Assembly: GCA_028715985.1 (NCBI GenBank)
Contig: JAQUQR010000004.1
Span: forward strand, 73,223-137,222
Source of the DNA: Methanocellales archaeon
GTDB lineage: Archaea > Halobacteriota > UBA148
Reading direction: 5' to 3'
DNA: 64,000 nt
The notes under the pieces: generated by a model
Database searches by the model: none
What the model was told of the DNA's origin: nothing
The model's input: the letters and a program-made list of their open reading frames with translations, nothing else
Program-made: the position numbers and the translations under genes
Part shown: positions 33,507 through 47,993 of the stretch, piece after piece
How the letters are laid out: every line of letters begins with the position of its first letter
Position numbering within the stretch: position 1 is the stretch's first letter

Positions 33507-34141
33507 AATCCAGACCATTCGTATTCATTAATGCAGCGATGAGCGCAGACGGAAAGATTTCCACATATGGGCGCAGTCAAGTAAAAATATCGGGCTATGC
33601 TGATATGAAGCGGGTTGATGGGCTTAGGGCGGGCTCGGATGCCATAATGGTGGGCATAGGCACGGTTTTGGCCGACAACCCCGGTTTGACCGTGAAGTCA
33701 GGAGAGAAGAATCCGATTCGAATAGTTGTGGACAGCATGGCGAGGACGCCCGTAGATGCTGAGGTCATCTCCAGAAAAGGCGGTCCAACGATCATTGCCA
33801 TGTCCAAATCTGCGCCCTCTGAAAGAGTAGCAGCGCTGAGGGAAAAAGCAGAAATCATCGCTATGGGTGATAAGCATGTCTCCTTGTCTGAGTTACTTGC
33901 GGAATTGAAGAACCGCGGCATTGAACGGCTGATGGTCGAGGGTGGCGCAACGCTTAATTGGAGCCTGATCTCCGAGGGGCTGGTAGATGAAATCTATGTC
34001 TACATAGGGAACATGGTCATCGGCGGCAAGACTGCACCCACGCTTGTGGATGGAGTTGGCTTAAGAGAGCCGATGAAACTGGAGCTGTTAAGCGTTGAGA
34101 GGATGGATGAGGGCGTTTTGGTCAAATGGCGCTTGATTTGA
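33503..34141 (+). CDS. arfC: 2,5-diamino-6-ribosylamino-4(3H)-pyrimidinone 5'-phosphate reductase (Rib7/ArfC)
   Basis: RPFVFINAAMSADGKI, DAIMVGIGTVLADNP, LMVEGGATLN; ATG 33503 overlaps the upstream stop. Confidence 0.88.
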   Translation: MKSRPFVFINAAMSADGKISTYGRSQVKISGYADMKRVDGLRAGSDAIMVGIGTVLADNPGLTVKSGEKNPIRIVVDSMARTPVDAEVISRKGGPTIIAMSKSAPSERVAALREKAEIIAMGDKHVSLSELLAELKNRGIERLMVEGGATLNWSLISEGLVDEIYVYIGNMVIGGKTAPTLVDGVGLREPMKLELLSVERMDEGVLVKWRLI

Positions 34142-34250
34142 ATAGGGTGGAATAAGAGCGCTTGTGGGGAGAGTTGCCAAAAAATAAATAGTTAGGATAT
34201 AATATCAATTTGTAGCTGTAGCAATATATAAATTAAGTTTGGATGGGGGA

Positions 34251-34864
34251 GTTGTCTGCCATTGCATGGGTGAGAACTAAATGAATCCAATATCAGAAAA
34301 TCAAAAAACCGAAATCATTAGCTTAATGCGGGAAGGTAAATTAAACAGAGAACAGATTGCTGTGAAAGTCGGAGTATCTCCAGGGACGGTTAGTGCAATA
34401 AAAGCTCATTTGACAATGGGAACTTATGCTGAACCTTCTGAGGCTGAAGAAGTCATCGATGCTATGGAAACAACTTTTGGACTTGAACGTGATCTCCAAA
34501 TAGCCCTACGTTCTAACATTCAACAGCTTGAGCAAGGACTCAAGATCATTGATGAAGGAAAGGAACTAACAACTGAAGCAGGTAGAATTGATATTACAGC
34601 CGAAGACCAGCAAGGTGCAATTGTAGTCATAGAACTGAAAGCAGGTTCTGCTAATCCGGATTGTGTTGCTCAAATACTGTCCTATATGGGTGCTCTTAGA
34701 GAAAAGGAACAAAGGCCTATCCGTGGCATTTTGGTGGCGGGGGATTTTCCACCGCGTGTAGTCTTTGCAGCTCGCGCAGTACCTAACCTTCAATTAAGGA
34801 AATACACTTTTAGGTTTTCATTTGAGGAAGTTAAATGAGGAACAAATTGGCAATGGCAGATAAC
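34251..34864. repeat. 15-bp inverted repeats flanking the NucS-like gene
   Basis: GTTGTCTGCCATTGC (34251-34265) and GCAATGGCAGATAAC (34850-34864) are complementary at 14 of 15 positions. Confidence 0.7.
34281..34838 (+). CDS. N-terminal HTH fused to a NucS-like PD-(D/E)xK endonuclease domain
   Basis: REQIAVKVGVSPGTVSAIK (HTH); LERDLQ, GRIDITA, VVIELK, QILSYMG, RGILVA. Confidence 0.8.
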   Translation: MNPISENQKTEIISLMREGKLNREQIAVKVGVSPGTVSAIKAHLTMGTYAEPSEAEEVIDAMETTFGLERDLQIALRSNIQQLEQGLKIIDEGKELTTEAGRIDITAEDQQGAIVVIELKAGSANPDCVAQILSYMGALREKEQRPIRGILVAGDFPPRVVFAARAVPNLQLRKYTFRFSFEEVK

Positions 34865-34943
34865 AAGCGAGTATGCGATTCGCTATTGCTTGCCCCAATC
34901 CTCTTCATAAATTCATAAATGAATATCAGAGGAATATGAAAAC

Positions 34944-35756
34944 ATGCTAGACTTTTTACAGAACCTTCATCCTGTTATACAGGCTCTTCTTGCAACATCT
35001 TTTACGTGGTCATTGACCGCTCTCGGAGCAGCCACGGTATTTATGGCTAAAGATGTGAGCAAGAAGGTGCTCGACGGGATGCTTGGTTTTGCTGGCGGAG
35101 TCATGGTCGCTGCAAGTTATTGGTCTTTGCTAGCTCCTGCTATTGAGATGTCAACTGGCAAAGATATTCCCGTTTGGTTTCCTGCTGTGGCAGGTTTTCT
35201 CCTCGGTGGCATTTTCTTGCGGGGGATTGATAACATCCTCCCCCATCTTCACATCGGCTTTCCGATCGAGGAAGCCGAAGGAATCAAGACGACTTGGCAG
35301 CGTAGTACCCTGCTTATCCTTGCCATCACTTTGCACAACATCCCAGAAGGTCTTGCGGTTGGCGTTGCCTTTGGAGCTGTTGCCGCCGGTTTTCCCGCTG
35401 CCACTTTAGCGGCAGCCATAGCCTTGGCAATCGGCATCGGCATACAAAATTTTCCAGAAGGGCTTGCAGTCTCCATGCCTCTTCGACGTGAGGGGATGTC
35501 TCGTTTGAAAAGTTTCTGGTATGGCCAGTTATCCGCAATAGTTGAGCCGATTGCTGGTGTCATTGGAGCTGCAGCCGTTATTCTTGCACAGCCCATCTTG
35601 CCATACGCTTTGAGTTTTGCCGCGGGTGCTATGATTTTTGTCGTAGTCGAGGAAATAATCCCAGAGTCTCAGCGTGGCGGCAATACGGATTTAGCCACCA
35701 TGGGTGCAATGATGGGTTTTGCGGTAATGATGGTGCTTGATGTAGCATTTGGTTAG
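34944..35756 (+). CDS. ZIP-family (ZupT/GufA) metal transporter
   Basis: [44 protein letters not shown]. Confidence 0.93.
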   Translation: MLDFLQNLHPVIQALLATSFTWSLTALGAATVFMAKDVSKKVLDGMLGFAGGVMVAASYWSLLAPAIEMSTGKDIPVWFPAVAGFLLGGIFLRGIDNILPHLHIGFPIEEAEGIKTTWQRSTLLILAITLHNIPEGLAVGVAFGAVAAGFPAATLAAAIALAIGIGIQNFPEGLAVSMPLRREGMSRLKSFWYGQLSAIVEPIAGVIGAAAVILAQPILPYALSFAAGAMIFVVVEEIIPESQRGGNTDLATMGAMMGFAVMMVLDVAFG

Positions 35757-35806
35757 AAGGCGATCAATTAGCGACTTTATCTTGTATCAAAATACCTATA
35801 CAAAAT

Positions 35807-36653
35807 GGTTCTGATAACTCTTAGGGGTTTTCATTTTGTTTTTCTCCTTTGATTACTTTCGGGGTTTGCCTTTCTATTCGGCTTTGTTGCATCTTGGTGG
35901 GATGAGGTTCAGGTTTTTGTCGGTGTTGCAAATGGTGGAGCGCCTTTCTTACTCCTTGACTTCTTGGACTTGAAAAGTATGACGAAAGATGTACTCTCTA
36001 GTAGATGGAGTGTACATATCTACGAGATGGGGTAAGTCGCCCTGATGGATATGAGCAAGAATTGCGATATCCACTATCAACTCTGATGCATCTTTTACTC
36101 GGCACCAGAAAGTTGCTAATCCAACATGCTTATCTGAATCTCCTATGATCTGTTGCCTCGCAACCAAATGCGGTGGGGCATTTGTACGTGGAGGGATCGT
36201 GTCTCCAGTAAGCAGAACTGGTAGACATCCACTAGACTCGATTCCTCCTTTCTGTTCATATGGAATAATGACCCAGACGCTATCCACCACAACTCTTTGC
36301 TTGTTCTTGGCATGGATTGCAATCTGGATGTTTCCTCCCCTCCTTGGGATGGTATCTGGTGAACCATCGCAGTGAACAAAGATATACAAATCGGGTCTAT
36401 AGCGAAATCTGTTTATGAAGTAGGGCAATATGACTAAAATGCTCAGAATAGTTGAGAAGCCAGTTAGAATCGACCACATTGCAGGTAGTAAATTGAAATA
36501 CCATAATGAAATGAACATGATTAAAACGATTATAATGATTATAATGGAACGTTCTCTCATACACATGATTATTGAGCAGTTCTCTCTTTAAATTTACCCG
36601 ATAGTTATCAGGGAGGTCACCTAGCAGAAACCTCCCGAAGAGTTATCAGAACC
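35807..36653. mobile_element. Non-autonomous TIR-bounded element (847 bp) carrying one passenger gene
   Basis: GGTTCTGATAACTCTT (35807-35822) and its exact reverse complement AAGAGTTATCAGAACC (36638-36653), with imperfect extension inward. No transposase and no exact TSD. Confidence 0.7.
35949..36566 (-). CDS. Hypothetical protein with N-terminal TM helices (passenger gene)
   Basis: 205-aa ORF with two hydrophobic segments and a soluble domain; no family recognised. Confidence 0.6.
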   Translation of the reverse strand: MCMRERSIIIIIIVLIMFISLWYFNLLPAMWSILTGFSTILSILVILPYFINRFRYRPDLYIFVHCDGSPDTIPRRGGNIQIAIHAKNKQRVVVDSVWVIIPYEQKGGIESSGCLPVLLTGDTIPPRTNAPPHLVARQQIIGDSDKHVGLATFWCRVKDASELIVDIAILAHIHQGDLPHLVDMYTPSTREYIFRHTFQVQEVKE

Positions 36654-36710
36654 TAACAAACCGAAAAACTTTTATTTTTAAAGTATCCAAAAAAATAAGG
36701 GTGTGAAAAT

Positions 36711-37262
36711 ATGGCTAAAGTGGCACGGGAAATGGTTGAGAAATCAGGAGTAAATGTTGATGAATTGTTGGAGCTTTTGGTCAAGAACGCAGCTGCGGAG
36801 CTCACGACTTACTACTACTATACCATACTTCGGTGCAACCTGATTGGGCTGGAGGGAGAAGGTATAAAGGAGATTGCGGAGACCGCTCGCATTGAAGACA
36901 GGAATCACTTCGAAGCTATTGTGCCCCGCATTTACGAGCTTGGGGGCAAACTGCCAGATGACATGAAAGAGTTCCACGATATGTCTGCATGTCCGCCAGC
37001 GTCTCTCCCCGCGGATCCAACGGATGTTATTGAGATACTTAAGGTGCTTGTGGCAGCTGAGCGTTGTGCAGTCAGAGGTTATACACACATCTGTAATCTT
37101 ACGGCAGGCAAGGATCATCGTACCTATGCCCTGTCTCAGGCGATTCTAAACGAAGAAATTGAGCACGAGTCTTGGTTCTCTGAATTCTTGGGCGAAGGAC
37201 CTTCTGGGCATTTCCTGCGCAGAGGTGAGACCTCCCCTTTTGTATCCAAGTTCCTGAAATAG
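36711..37262 (+). CDS. DPS-like thioferritin (archaeal DpsL type)
   Basis: AAAELTTYYYYTILR, EDRNHFE, SACPPA, AERCAV, EEIEHE. Confidence 0.9.
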   Translation: MAKVAREMVEKSGVNVDELLELLVKNAAAELTTYYYYTILRCNLIGLEGEGIKEIAETARIEDRNHFEAIVPRIYELGGKLPDDMKEFHDMSACPPASLPADPTDVIEILKVLVAAERCAVRGYTHICNLTAGKDHRTYALSQAILNEEIEHESWFSEFLGEGPSGHFLRRGETSPFVSKFLK

Positions 37263-37419
37263 ATTTAGAATTGGGGGTCTAAAGTTTTTAAAGACCTCTT
37301 TTCTTAAGATAAGACGGATCTTAAAAATTCGCTAGATGCGAGGCAAAGTGAGGAAATAGCTTGTCCATCATGGAAAACTTTTAAGAGTTGGAAATTATAC
37401 GTAAAAACAGGTGGTAAAA

Positions 37420-37914
37420 ATGGGAATGAAAGGAAAGGAAATAGTGCAAACCGATGTAAAAAAGTTAATAGAGCTGTTAAATAAGGCTTATGCCGATGAG
37501 TGGCTGGCATACTACCAATATTGGGTGGCTGCACAAATAGTGAGGGGAAACATGAAAGGTGCAGTGACCTCAGAGCTTGTAGAACATGCCGCAGAAGAAC
37601 TAGAGCATGCGGAAAAGCTCTCAGAGCGTATAATGCAATTGGGTGGAACACCCATAACAGATATGACTGAATTAAACGAAAGAGCAAATTGTAAATATGT
37701 GGACCCTTCGGATCCTGACTCCAGGGCCATCTTAAAACTGGCAATAGAAGGTGAGAGATGCGCCATCGATGTTTACACAAAGCTCTTGGCCATCGTCAAA
37801 GACAAAGACCCTGTAACCTACCACATTATCTTGGACATTCTCAAGGACGAAGTAGAACACGAGGATGACTTTGAGACGGTATTGGAAGATATAAAACGAG
37901 GTGGAAAAGAATAG
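37420..37914 (+). CDS. Ferritin-like / DPSL-bacterioferritin-related protein
   Basis: AYADEWLAYYQYW, EELEHA, RIMQLGG, ANCKY, GERCAI, DEVEHE. Confidence 0.88.
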   Translation: MGMKGKEIVQTDVKKLIELLNKAYADEWLAYYQYWVAAQIVRGNMKGAVTSELVEHAAEELEHAEKLSERIMQLGGTPITDMTELNERANCKYVDPSDPDSRAILKLAIEGERCAIDVYTKLLAIVKDKDPVTYHIILDILKDEVEHEDDFETVLEDIKRGGKE

Positions 37915-37971
37915 CAAATTAACAGTCTCTTTTCTTTTTTCCAGCCATAAGGTACGTGCTTGGGATGTTAC

Positions 37972-38208
37972 ATGAGAAATTTCACCAGGAAAGAACTGGT
38001 CCAGTACAATGGCAAAAATAAGGCTCCAGCACTAATAGCCTACAAAGGGAAGGTGTATGATGTATCTTGTAGTTTTCTGTGGAAGGGTGGGACTCATCAG
38101 GTTACCCATAACGCTGGAGAAGATTTGACAGACGGTCTTGAGAAAGCCCCACATGATGCAGATCTGCTCAACAATTTTCCAGTCGTTGGAACGATGCATG
38201 AAGATTAA
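37972..38208 (+). CDS. Cytochrome b5-like heme/steroid-binding domain protein
   Basis: FT..EL.QYNG, IAYKGKVYDVS, WKGGTH, HNAGEDLT, APH, FPVVG. Confidence 0.9.
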   Translation: MRNFTRKELVQYNGKNKAPALIAYKGKVYDVSCSFLWKGGTHQVTHNAGEDLTDGLEKAPHDADLLNNFPVVGTMHED

Positions 38209-38356
38209 TTGAAGTATTTTGCTCATACCCGACTTCTTTCTGGACTTTCTCGGCTAGGTAAGACTTTAACAACATGATCCATCCATGAACAATCCAGCCA
38301 AAACTTTATAAGCTACTATGGCATAGCTAGCCATGCAACATAGAGGTGTGTAAATT

Positions 38357-38572
38357 TTGTATAGAAAAGAGCCAAGTGCCCCCGTAGCAGAGGGGGAAAC
38401 GTACGATGTAAAGATAGAGGACATAGCTAGGGAAGGAGACGGAATCGCTCGAATTGAGGGATTTGTGGTATTCGTTCCATCTACCAAGTTGGGCGATGAG
38501 GTTAAGATAAAAATTAACAAGGTAATGCGTAGGTTCGCTACAGCCGAATTGGTATCAGACAAAGCGGAATAA
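38357..38572 (+). CDS. Single TRAM-domain RNA chaperone
   Basis: [33 protein letters not shown]. Confidence 0.93.
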   Translation: MYRKEPSAPVAEGETYDVKIEDIAREGDGIARIEGFVVFVPSTKLGDEVKIKINKVMRRFATAELVSDKAE

Positions 38573-39101
38573 TCCCTCTTTTTCAGTCCGGCGGTATCTC
38601 ATTTTTAGGTGCGATTGAATTAGCTAGCGATACTATATAAATCCCCAATGTAACCCTTGGTATCGTAGCCTTTCATAGGAATATTGCATCGACATCGCCT
38701 TACAGTTATTTTCAGCCCTGCATCCTCAGTATTAGTTGAGGAGTCCCAGTTTAACCTCTCTATAAATTTTTGTTTTACTGCCATTGATGTTGGTGCACTG
38801 CATCGTCGAGTTCTGCATCAGTTATCCAGGTAGAACTAAGATGTAATCACAGGGACCCAGCTCGTTCAGTTGCATGGTCGCTCAGCTCAACATGAGAGCC
38901 ATCGAAAAGATTATAACGTATACGAGTAAATAATATTACCCCAAAAGTCTCAGAAAAGTTTAAATTATAGGACTGCATTGCTATAGCGACATATCCTGGC
39001 GACTTCTACTAATGGTGAGCGTTTGTTGGTAGCTATAATATATAATACGTTTAAACGTCGTACATCCGTGCTTGAGCGGAAGCTCCATACGGTCTTGAAA
39101 A

Positions 39102-39268
39102 GGGCTCGTAGCTCAGCTAGGAAGAGCGCCTGGCTTTTAACCAAACTTTTAGTAGAGATGAACTCTAATCAAAACATGCTGTCTTATTCGCTGGCATTTT
39201 ATGGTAGACGGATCTTGAAAATTCTGGAAGAAACCAGGTGGTCGGGGGTTCAAGTCCCTCCGAGCCCG
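39102..39268 (+). tRNA. tRNA-Lys(UUU) with a 93-nt intron at 37/38 (intron 39140-39232)
   Basis: Acceptor stem GGGCTCG/CGAGCCC; D arm GCTC..GAGC; anticodon stem CCTGG/CCAGG interrupted after CTTTTA; T arm GGTTCAAGTCC; BHB-like junction (CUUU/GAAG helix, AAA bulge); CCA not encoded. Confidence 0.93.
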
Positions 39269-39297
39269 TTAAAATCATTCAACGTGGAGGAAATTAT

Positions 39298-39537
39298 TTG
39301 AAAGAATTTAGCGTTCTCAACCATAATATGGTTCCCGAACATATATTGCTGACCGAAGATGAAGTAAAAGCATTATTGGAGAAGTATCACATAACCAAGG
39401 GACAATTACCCAAGATCAAGACGTCTGATCCTGCTTGTAAGGAAATAAATGCAAAGGCAGGCGATATCCTCAAAGTAGTTAGGGATAGCTTGATTGCGGG
39501 CAAAGCGTTATCATATCGATTGGTGATCGAGGGATGA
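39298..39537 (+). CDS. rpoH: RNA polymerase subunit H (Rpo5)
   Basis: HNMVPEH.LL, QLPKI..SDP, YRLVI; GGAGG RBS then TTG at 39298. Confidence 0.95.
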   Translation: MKEFSVLNHNMVPEHILLTEDEVKALLEKYHITKGQLPKIKTSDPACKEINAKAGDILKVVRDSLIAGKALSYRLVIEG

Positions 39538-39538
39538 G

Positions 39539-42500
39539 ATGTTAGATCGAAGAGTTTTATCCAAAGCCTATTTTACCAATAAAAAAATTGCTCAGCACCA
39601 TATAGATTCTTTTAACGATTTTGTCGATAACGGTCTCCAGAAAATTATGGGTGAGCAAGATATAATCGAAACTGACATTGAGGAAGTCGACAGCAGGGGC
39701 AAATATAGGGTATATGTCAAGATCGGCAAGATCAGGGTTGGAACGCCAAAAGTCAGAGAAGCAGACGGCTCCTATGAGAAGTTATTTCCAACAGAAGCGA
39801 GACTTAGAAATCTTACCTATGCAGCACCCATCTATCTGAAAATGTCTATAGTTAAGAACTATTATGAGATCGGGGAGCTAGAGGATGCGGAAGAGGCCGA
39901 GGCAGAAATTGGTGAGCTTCCGATAATGTTGGGGTCAAAAAATTGTAATCTGAATGGGCTCACACAGGAACAAATGATAATGGTGGGCGAAGACCCTCAG
40001 GATCCCGGTGGTTACTTTATCATCAATGGTACCGAACGCGTGTTGATGACTTTGGAGGACCTGGCACCAAACAAAATTCTCGTCGAATTTGATGAACGCT
40101 ACGGCGATAAAATAGAGGTTGCAAAGGTTTTCTCTCAACGAAGAGGGTATCGTGCCTTAGTTATCGTAGAGCGAGGGCGCGACTCCATCCTTGGGGTATC
40201 CTTCCCATCCATCTCGGGCCGAATTAATTTTGTCACCTTAATGAGATCGCTTGGTTTAGAGACAGACCAGGAGATAGTGAATGCTGTTTCAGGAGATCCA
40301 GAAATTGTGAAATTCATGCTGGAGAACCTGGAGGAAGCAGAAATCGACAGCGTGGAAGAAGCTATGGAAAAACTCGGAAAACGAGTTGCAGCAGGTCAGG
40401 CCAGAGAATACCAGCAAAAGCGAGCTAATTATGTCATCGATAGGTATTTGCTCCCCCATTTGGGCAATGATGCAGGGAGTAGGCTTGCAAAAGCACATTT
40501 CCTTGGTCGAATGGCGGAATCGTGCTTTGAATTAACTCTTGGACGCCGGGGGGTGGATGACAAGGATCACTACTCTAACAAACGGCTGAAACTTGCCGGA
40601 GACTTAATGGAGGACTTATTCCGCGTTTCATTTAGTCGTCTCACCAGGGACATTAAATACCAGATTGAGCGGGCAAATATGAGAAATCGGGAACTTCGCA
40701 TTTTAACCGTGGTAAGGGCGGATGTTCTGACGGAACGTTTGATGCATCCCCTAGCTACGGGCAACTGGGTTGGTGGTCGCACAGGGGTCTCTCAGTTGCT
40801 TGATAGAACGGATTACATGGCTATGTTGTCCCATCTACGTCGTGTTATATCCCCCTTATCAAGGGCACAACCCCACTTTGAAGCTCGTGATTTGCATCCG
40901 ACACAGTGGGGCAGGATTTGTCCTTCAGAGACGCCTGAGGGTCCTAACTGCGGCTTGGTCAAGAACTTTGCTCAGCTGGTGGAACTGTCAACTGGTGTGG
41001 AGGACGATTTTAAAGCAACTCTATCTAAACTTGGATTGCAACCCATAAGCAGTGATCATGGGGCCAGAGTATTTGTAAATGGGAACCTGGTTGGGACACA
41101 CAGTGATCCAACCGCATTGGTAAAGGAAATCAGAGCAAAAAGAAGGCAGGGCACCATATCCAATCAAGTAAACGTTACATATCATGATAGAACCCATGAG
41201 GTTATCATAAGTTCAGACATTGGTCGGGCCAGGCGCCCTCTAATAGTCATCGAGGAGGGCAGACCATTGGTAACCGAGGATCACATTCAATTGCTGAAAG
41301 ATGGCACGATGACATTTGATGACTTGGTTATGCAAGGCTTAATAGAATATCTTGACCCTGAGGAAGAAGAAAATACTTTGATCGCTATAAGCGAGGAAGA
41401 ACTTACTGCAGAGCACACTCATCTGGAGATAGATCCCTCCCTGATTTTGGGGATATGCGCGGGAATGATCCCGTATCCAGAGCACAATGCCTCGCCACGT
41501 AATACCATTGGCGCTGGCATGGTTAAACAGTCACTTGGTATGCCTGCAGCGAACATGAAGCTCAGGCCGGACACAAGGGCATATATGCTGCATTACCCTC
41601 AGCTTGCGATCGTTAAAACTCAAACATCAGATGCCCTCGGTTTCGATGAGAGGCTTGCTGGTCAGAACTTCGTTGTGGCAGTACTATCCTATGAGGGATA
41701 TAATGTTGAGGATGCACTCATCATCAACAAAGGCTCTATAGAGAGAGGGTTGGGGAGAAGTCATTTCTTTAGAACATATGAAGGTGAAGAGCGGCGTTAT
41801 CCTGGTGGTCAGGAGGATAAATTTGAAGTCCCCGACCCTGAAATTCGAGGGGCTAGGGGAAGCGAGGTTTACGCTCACTTAGATGAAGATGGTTTGGTCG
41901 ATCCGGAAATCATGGTCCATCCGAACCATGCTCTAATAGGGAAGACCAGTCCTTCTAGGTTCTTAGAGGAGCCGACTGAGCTTGGTCTGAGTCCGCAGAA
42001 GAGGAGAGATGCATCTATCACCATGAGATCCAATGAAAGAGGAGTTGTGGATACCGTTATTTTAACTGAGACCGAGAATGGCTCACGATTGGCAAAGGTC
42101 AAGATCAGGAACCAAATGATTCCTGAGTTAGGAGATAAATTTGCATCCAGGCACGGGCAAAAAGGAGTCATAGGCCTCATCGCATCTCAGGAGGACATGC
42201 CGTTTACAGAGCAGGGTGTAGTTCCAGATTTGATAATCAATCCGCATGCTATCCCCTCGAGAATGACCATTGGGCACGTGCTTGAGATGATCGGAGGTAA
42301 GGTGGGCTCTTTGGAGGGAAGGCGCATCGACGCCACTGCTTTCTCTGGTGAAACTGAGGATGACTTACGCTCTGCGCTAAAGCAATTTGGTTTATCTCAT
42401 ACAGGGAAGGAAGTCATGTATGATGGAATCACGGGAGAGCCTATACAAGCTGATGTGTTTGTTGGAGTGATTCTGTACCAGAAGTTATATCACATGGTTG

Positions 42501-42867
42501 CAAGCAAACTGCACGCCCGCTCGAGGGGGCCTGTACAAGTTCTTACCAGGCAGCCCACCGAGGGAAGAGCCAGAGAAGGCGGTCTCAGATTTGGTGAGAT
42601 GGAGAGAGATGTCCTTATTGGGCATGGTGCAGCAATGGCTTTAAAGGAAAGATTACTCGATGAGTCAGATAAAGTAGTCGAGTTAGTGTGCAGTCACTGT
42701 GGCATGGTCGCTACCTATGATAAGCGTCGAAAAGCATCCTATTGTCAGAATTGTGGTGCCGATACAGATATATACCCCATAGAGATGAGTTATGCATTCA
42801 AATTATTGCTTGATGAGATGAAATCTCTCGGAATTGCCCCCAGGTTAGAGTTGGAGGATGCGGTATA

Positions 42868-42868
<1 letters not shown>
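39539..42868 (+). CDS. rpoB: RNA polymerase subunit B (Rpo2), single unsplit ORF
   Basis: [42 protein letters not shown]; continuous 1109 aa. Confidence 0.97.
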
Positions 42869-46829
<3,961 letters not shown>

Positions 46830-46835
46830 TAGAAT

Positions 46836-47117
46836 ATGAATATGGGTCGAGCACTTCAAGTCGTGGTAAAGACAGGCAAAGTCCTCATGGGTTCAAATGA
46901 GACCTTAGAAGCTGTTAAAAAGGGCACGGCAAAATTGGTGGTCCTTGCCTCAAACTGTCCAGCCCATGTAAGAGCAGAGATCGAAACTAAAGTTAAAACA
47001 TTGGATTATCCTGATACAAGCGCTGATTTGGGGGCAACATGTGGTAAACCATATGCAGTAGCAGCACTTGCAGTGATAGATGTTGGGGAATCGGATATCT
47101 TGGCGGTGTTCAGATGA
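46836..47117 (+). CDS. rpl30e: 50S ribosomal protein L30e
   Basis: TGKV..G, LVVLASNCP, LG..CGKPY, GESDIL. Confidence 0.95.
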   Translation: MNMGRALQVVVKTGKVLMGSNETLEAVKKGTAKLVVLASNCPAHVRAEIETKVKTLDYPDTSADLGATCGKPYAVAALAVIDVGESDILAVFR

Positions 47118-47542
47118 ACGTTAAGATAACCTCGGAAGGTATACGTTATATAGCGCTATTTGAGAGTTTGACCGGTGCCGCTGTAAGAGATTGCATCGTT
47201 GATGACGAAAACGATCGCGTCATATTCGTGGTCAAAAAGGGTGACATGGGCATAGCTATCGGCAAGAACGGCAGTAACATAAATAGGGTAAAAAAATCAA
47301 TAGGAAAGCACATCGAAATTGTCGAATACTCAGATGACGCTTGCGAATTCATTGCGAACATATTTCAACCGGCAATGATCAAAAAAGTGGACATATTGAG
47401 CAAAGAATCTAAGCGATTAGCTTATGTGTCAGTAGTGTCTAAGGACAAAGGGCTTGCAATTGGGCGTGATGGGAGAAACATACAAAAGGCAAAAATTTTG
47501 GCCCAAAGGCACCATAGCTTAGATGATGTAATAATAACATAG
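47114..47542 (+). CDS. nusA: Archaeal NusA
   Basis: YIALFESLTGA, AIGKNG.N, KGLAIGRDGRNI. Confidence 0.95.
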   Translation: MNVKITSEGIRYIALFESLTGAAVRDCIVDDENDRVIFVVKKGDMGIAIGKNGSNINRVKKSIGKHIEIVEYSDDACEFIANIFQPAMIKKVDILSKESKRLAYVSVVSKDKGLAIGRDGRNIQKAKILAQRHHSLDDVIIT

Positions 47543-47564
47543 AATAGGTTGAAAAAGGTATACA

Positions 47565-47993
47565 ATGAGCAAAGGGTTATATGCAGTCAGGAAATTAAAG
47601 AAGGATAGGCAAAAGTACCGGTGGAGTGATCGCGCCTATTCTCGAAGGATGCTTCGTGTGGGTCAAAAGGCCGATCCATTAGAGGGTGCTCCCCAAGCGA
47701 GAGGTATCGTACTCGAGAAGGTTGGGGTAGAGGCAAAACAACCCAATTCTGCTATCCGAAAATGCATCAGGATACAGCTGATCAAAAACGGACGTCAATT
47801 AACTGCTTTCTGTCCAGGCGATGGTGCAATCAATTTCATCGACGAGCATGACGAAGTCCTAGTTGAAGGAATAGGTGGAAGAATGGGCGGCTCTTACGGA
47901 GATATTCCAGGTGTTGGGTGGAAGGTTATCGCTGTAAACAACGTATCATTGCCAGAGATGGTGGCAGGGCGTAAGGAGAAACCGATAAGATGA
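47565..47993 (+). CDS. rps12: 30S ribosomal protein S12
   Basis: [18 protein letters not shown]. Confidence 0.98.
   Translation: MSKGLYAVRKLKKDRQKYRWSDRAYSRRMLRVGQKADPLEGAPQARGIVLEKVGVEAKQPNSAIRKCIRIQLIKNGRQLTAFCPGDGAINFIDEHDEVLVEGIGGRMGGSYGDIPGVGWKVIAVNNVSLPEMVAGRKEKPIR

Noticed and set aside
38573..39020. Possible ncRNA or small minus-strand ORF between the TRAM gene and the tRNA
   Set aside because: No recognisable RNA family or protein motif; insufficient support.
39023..39301. 92-aa ORF, and the 39238 start for rpoH
   Set aside because: Both overlap the tRNA-Lys gene. rpoH has a good RBS and a TTG start at 39298.
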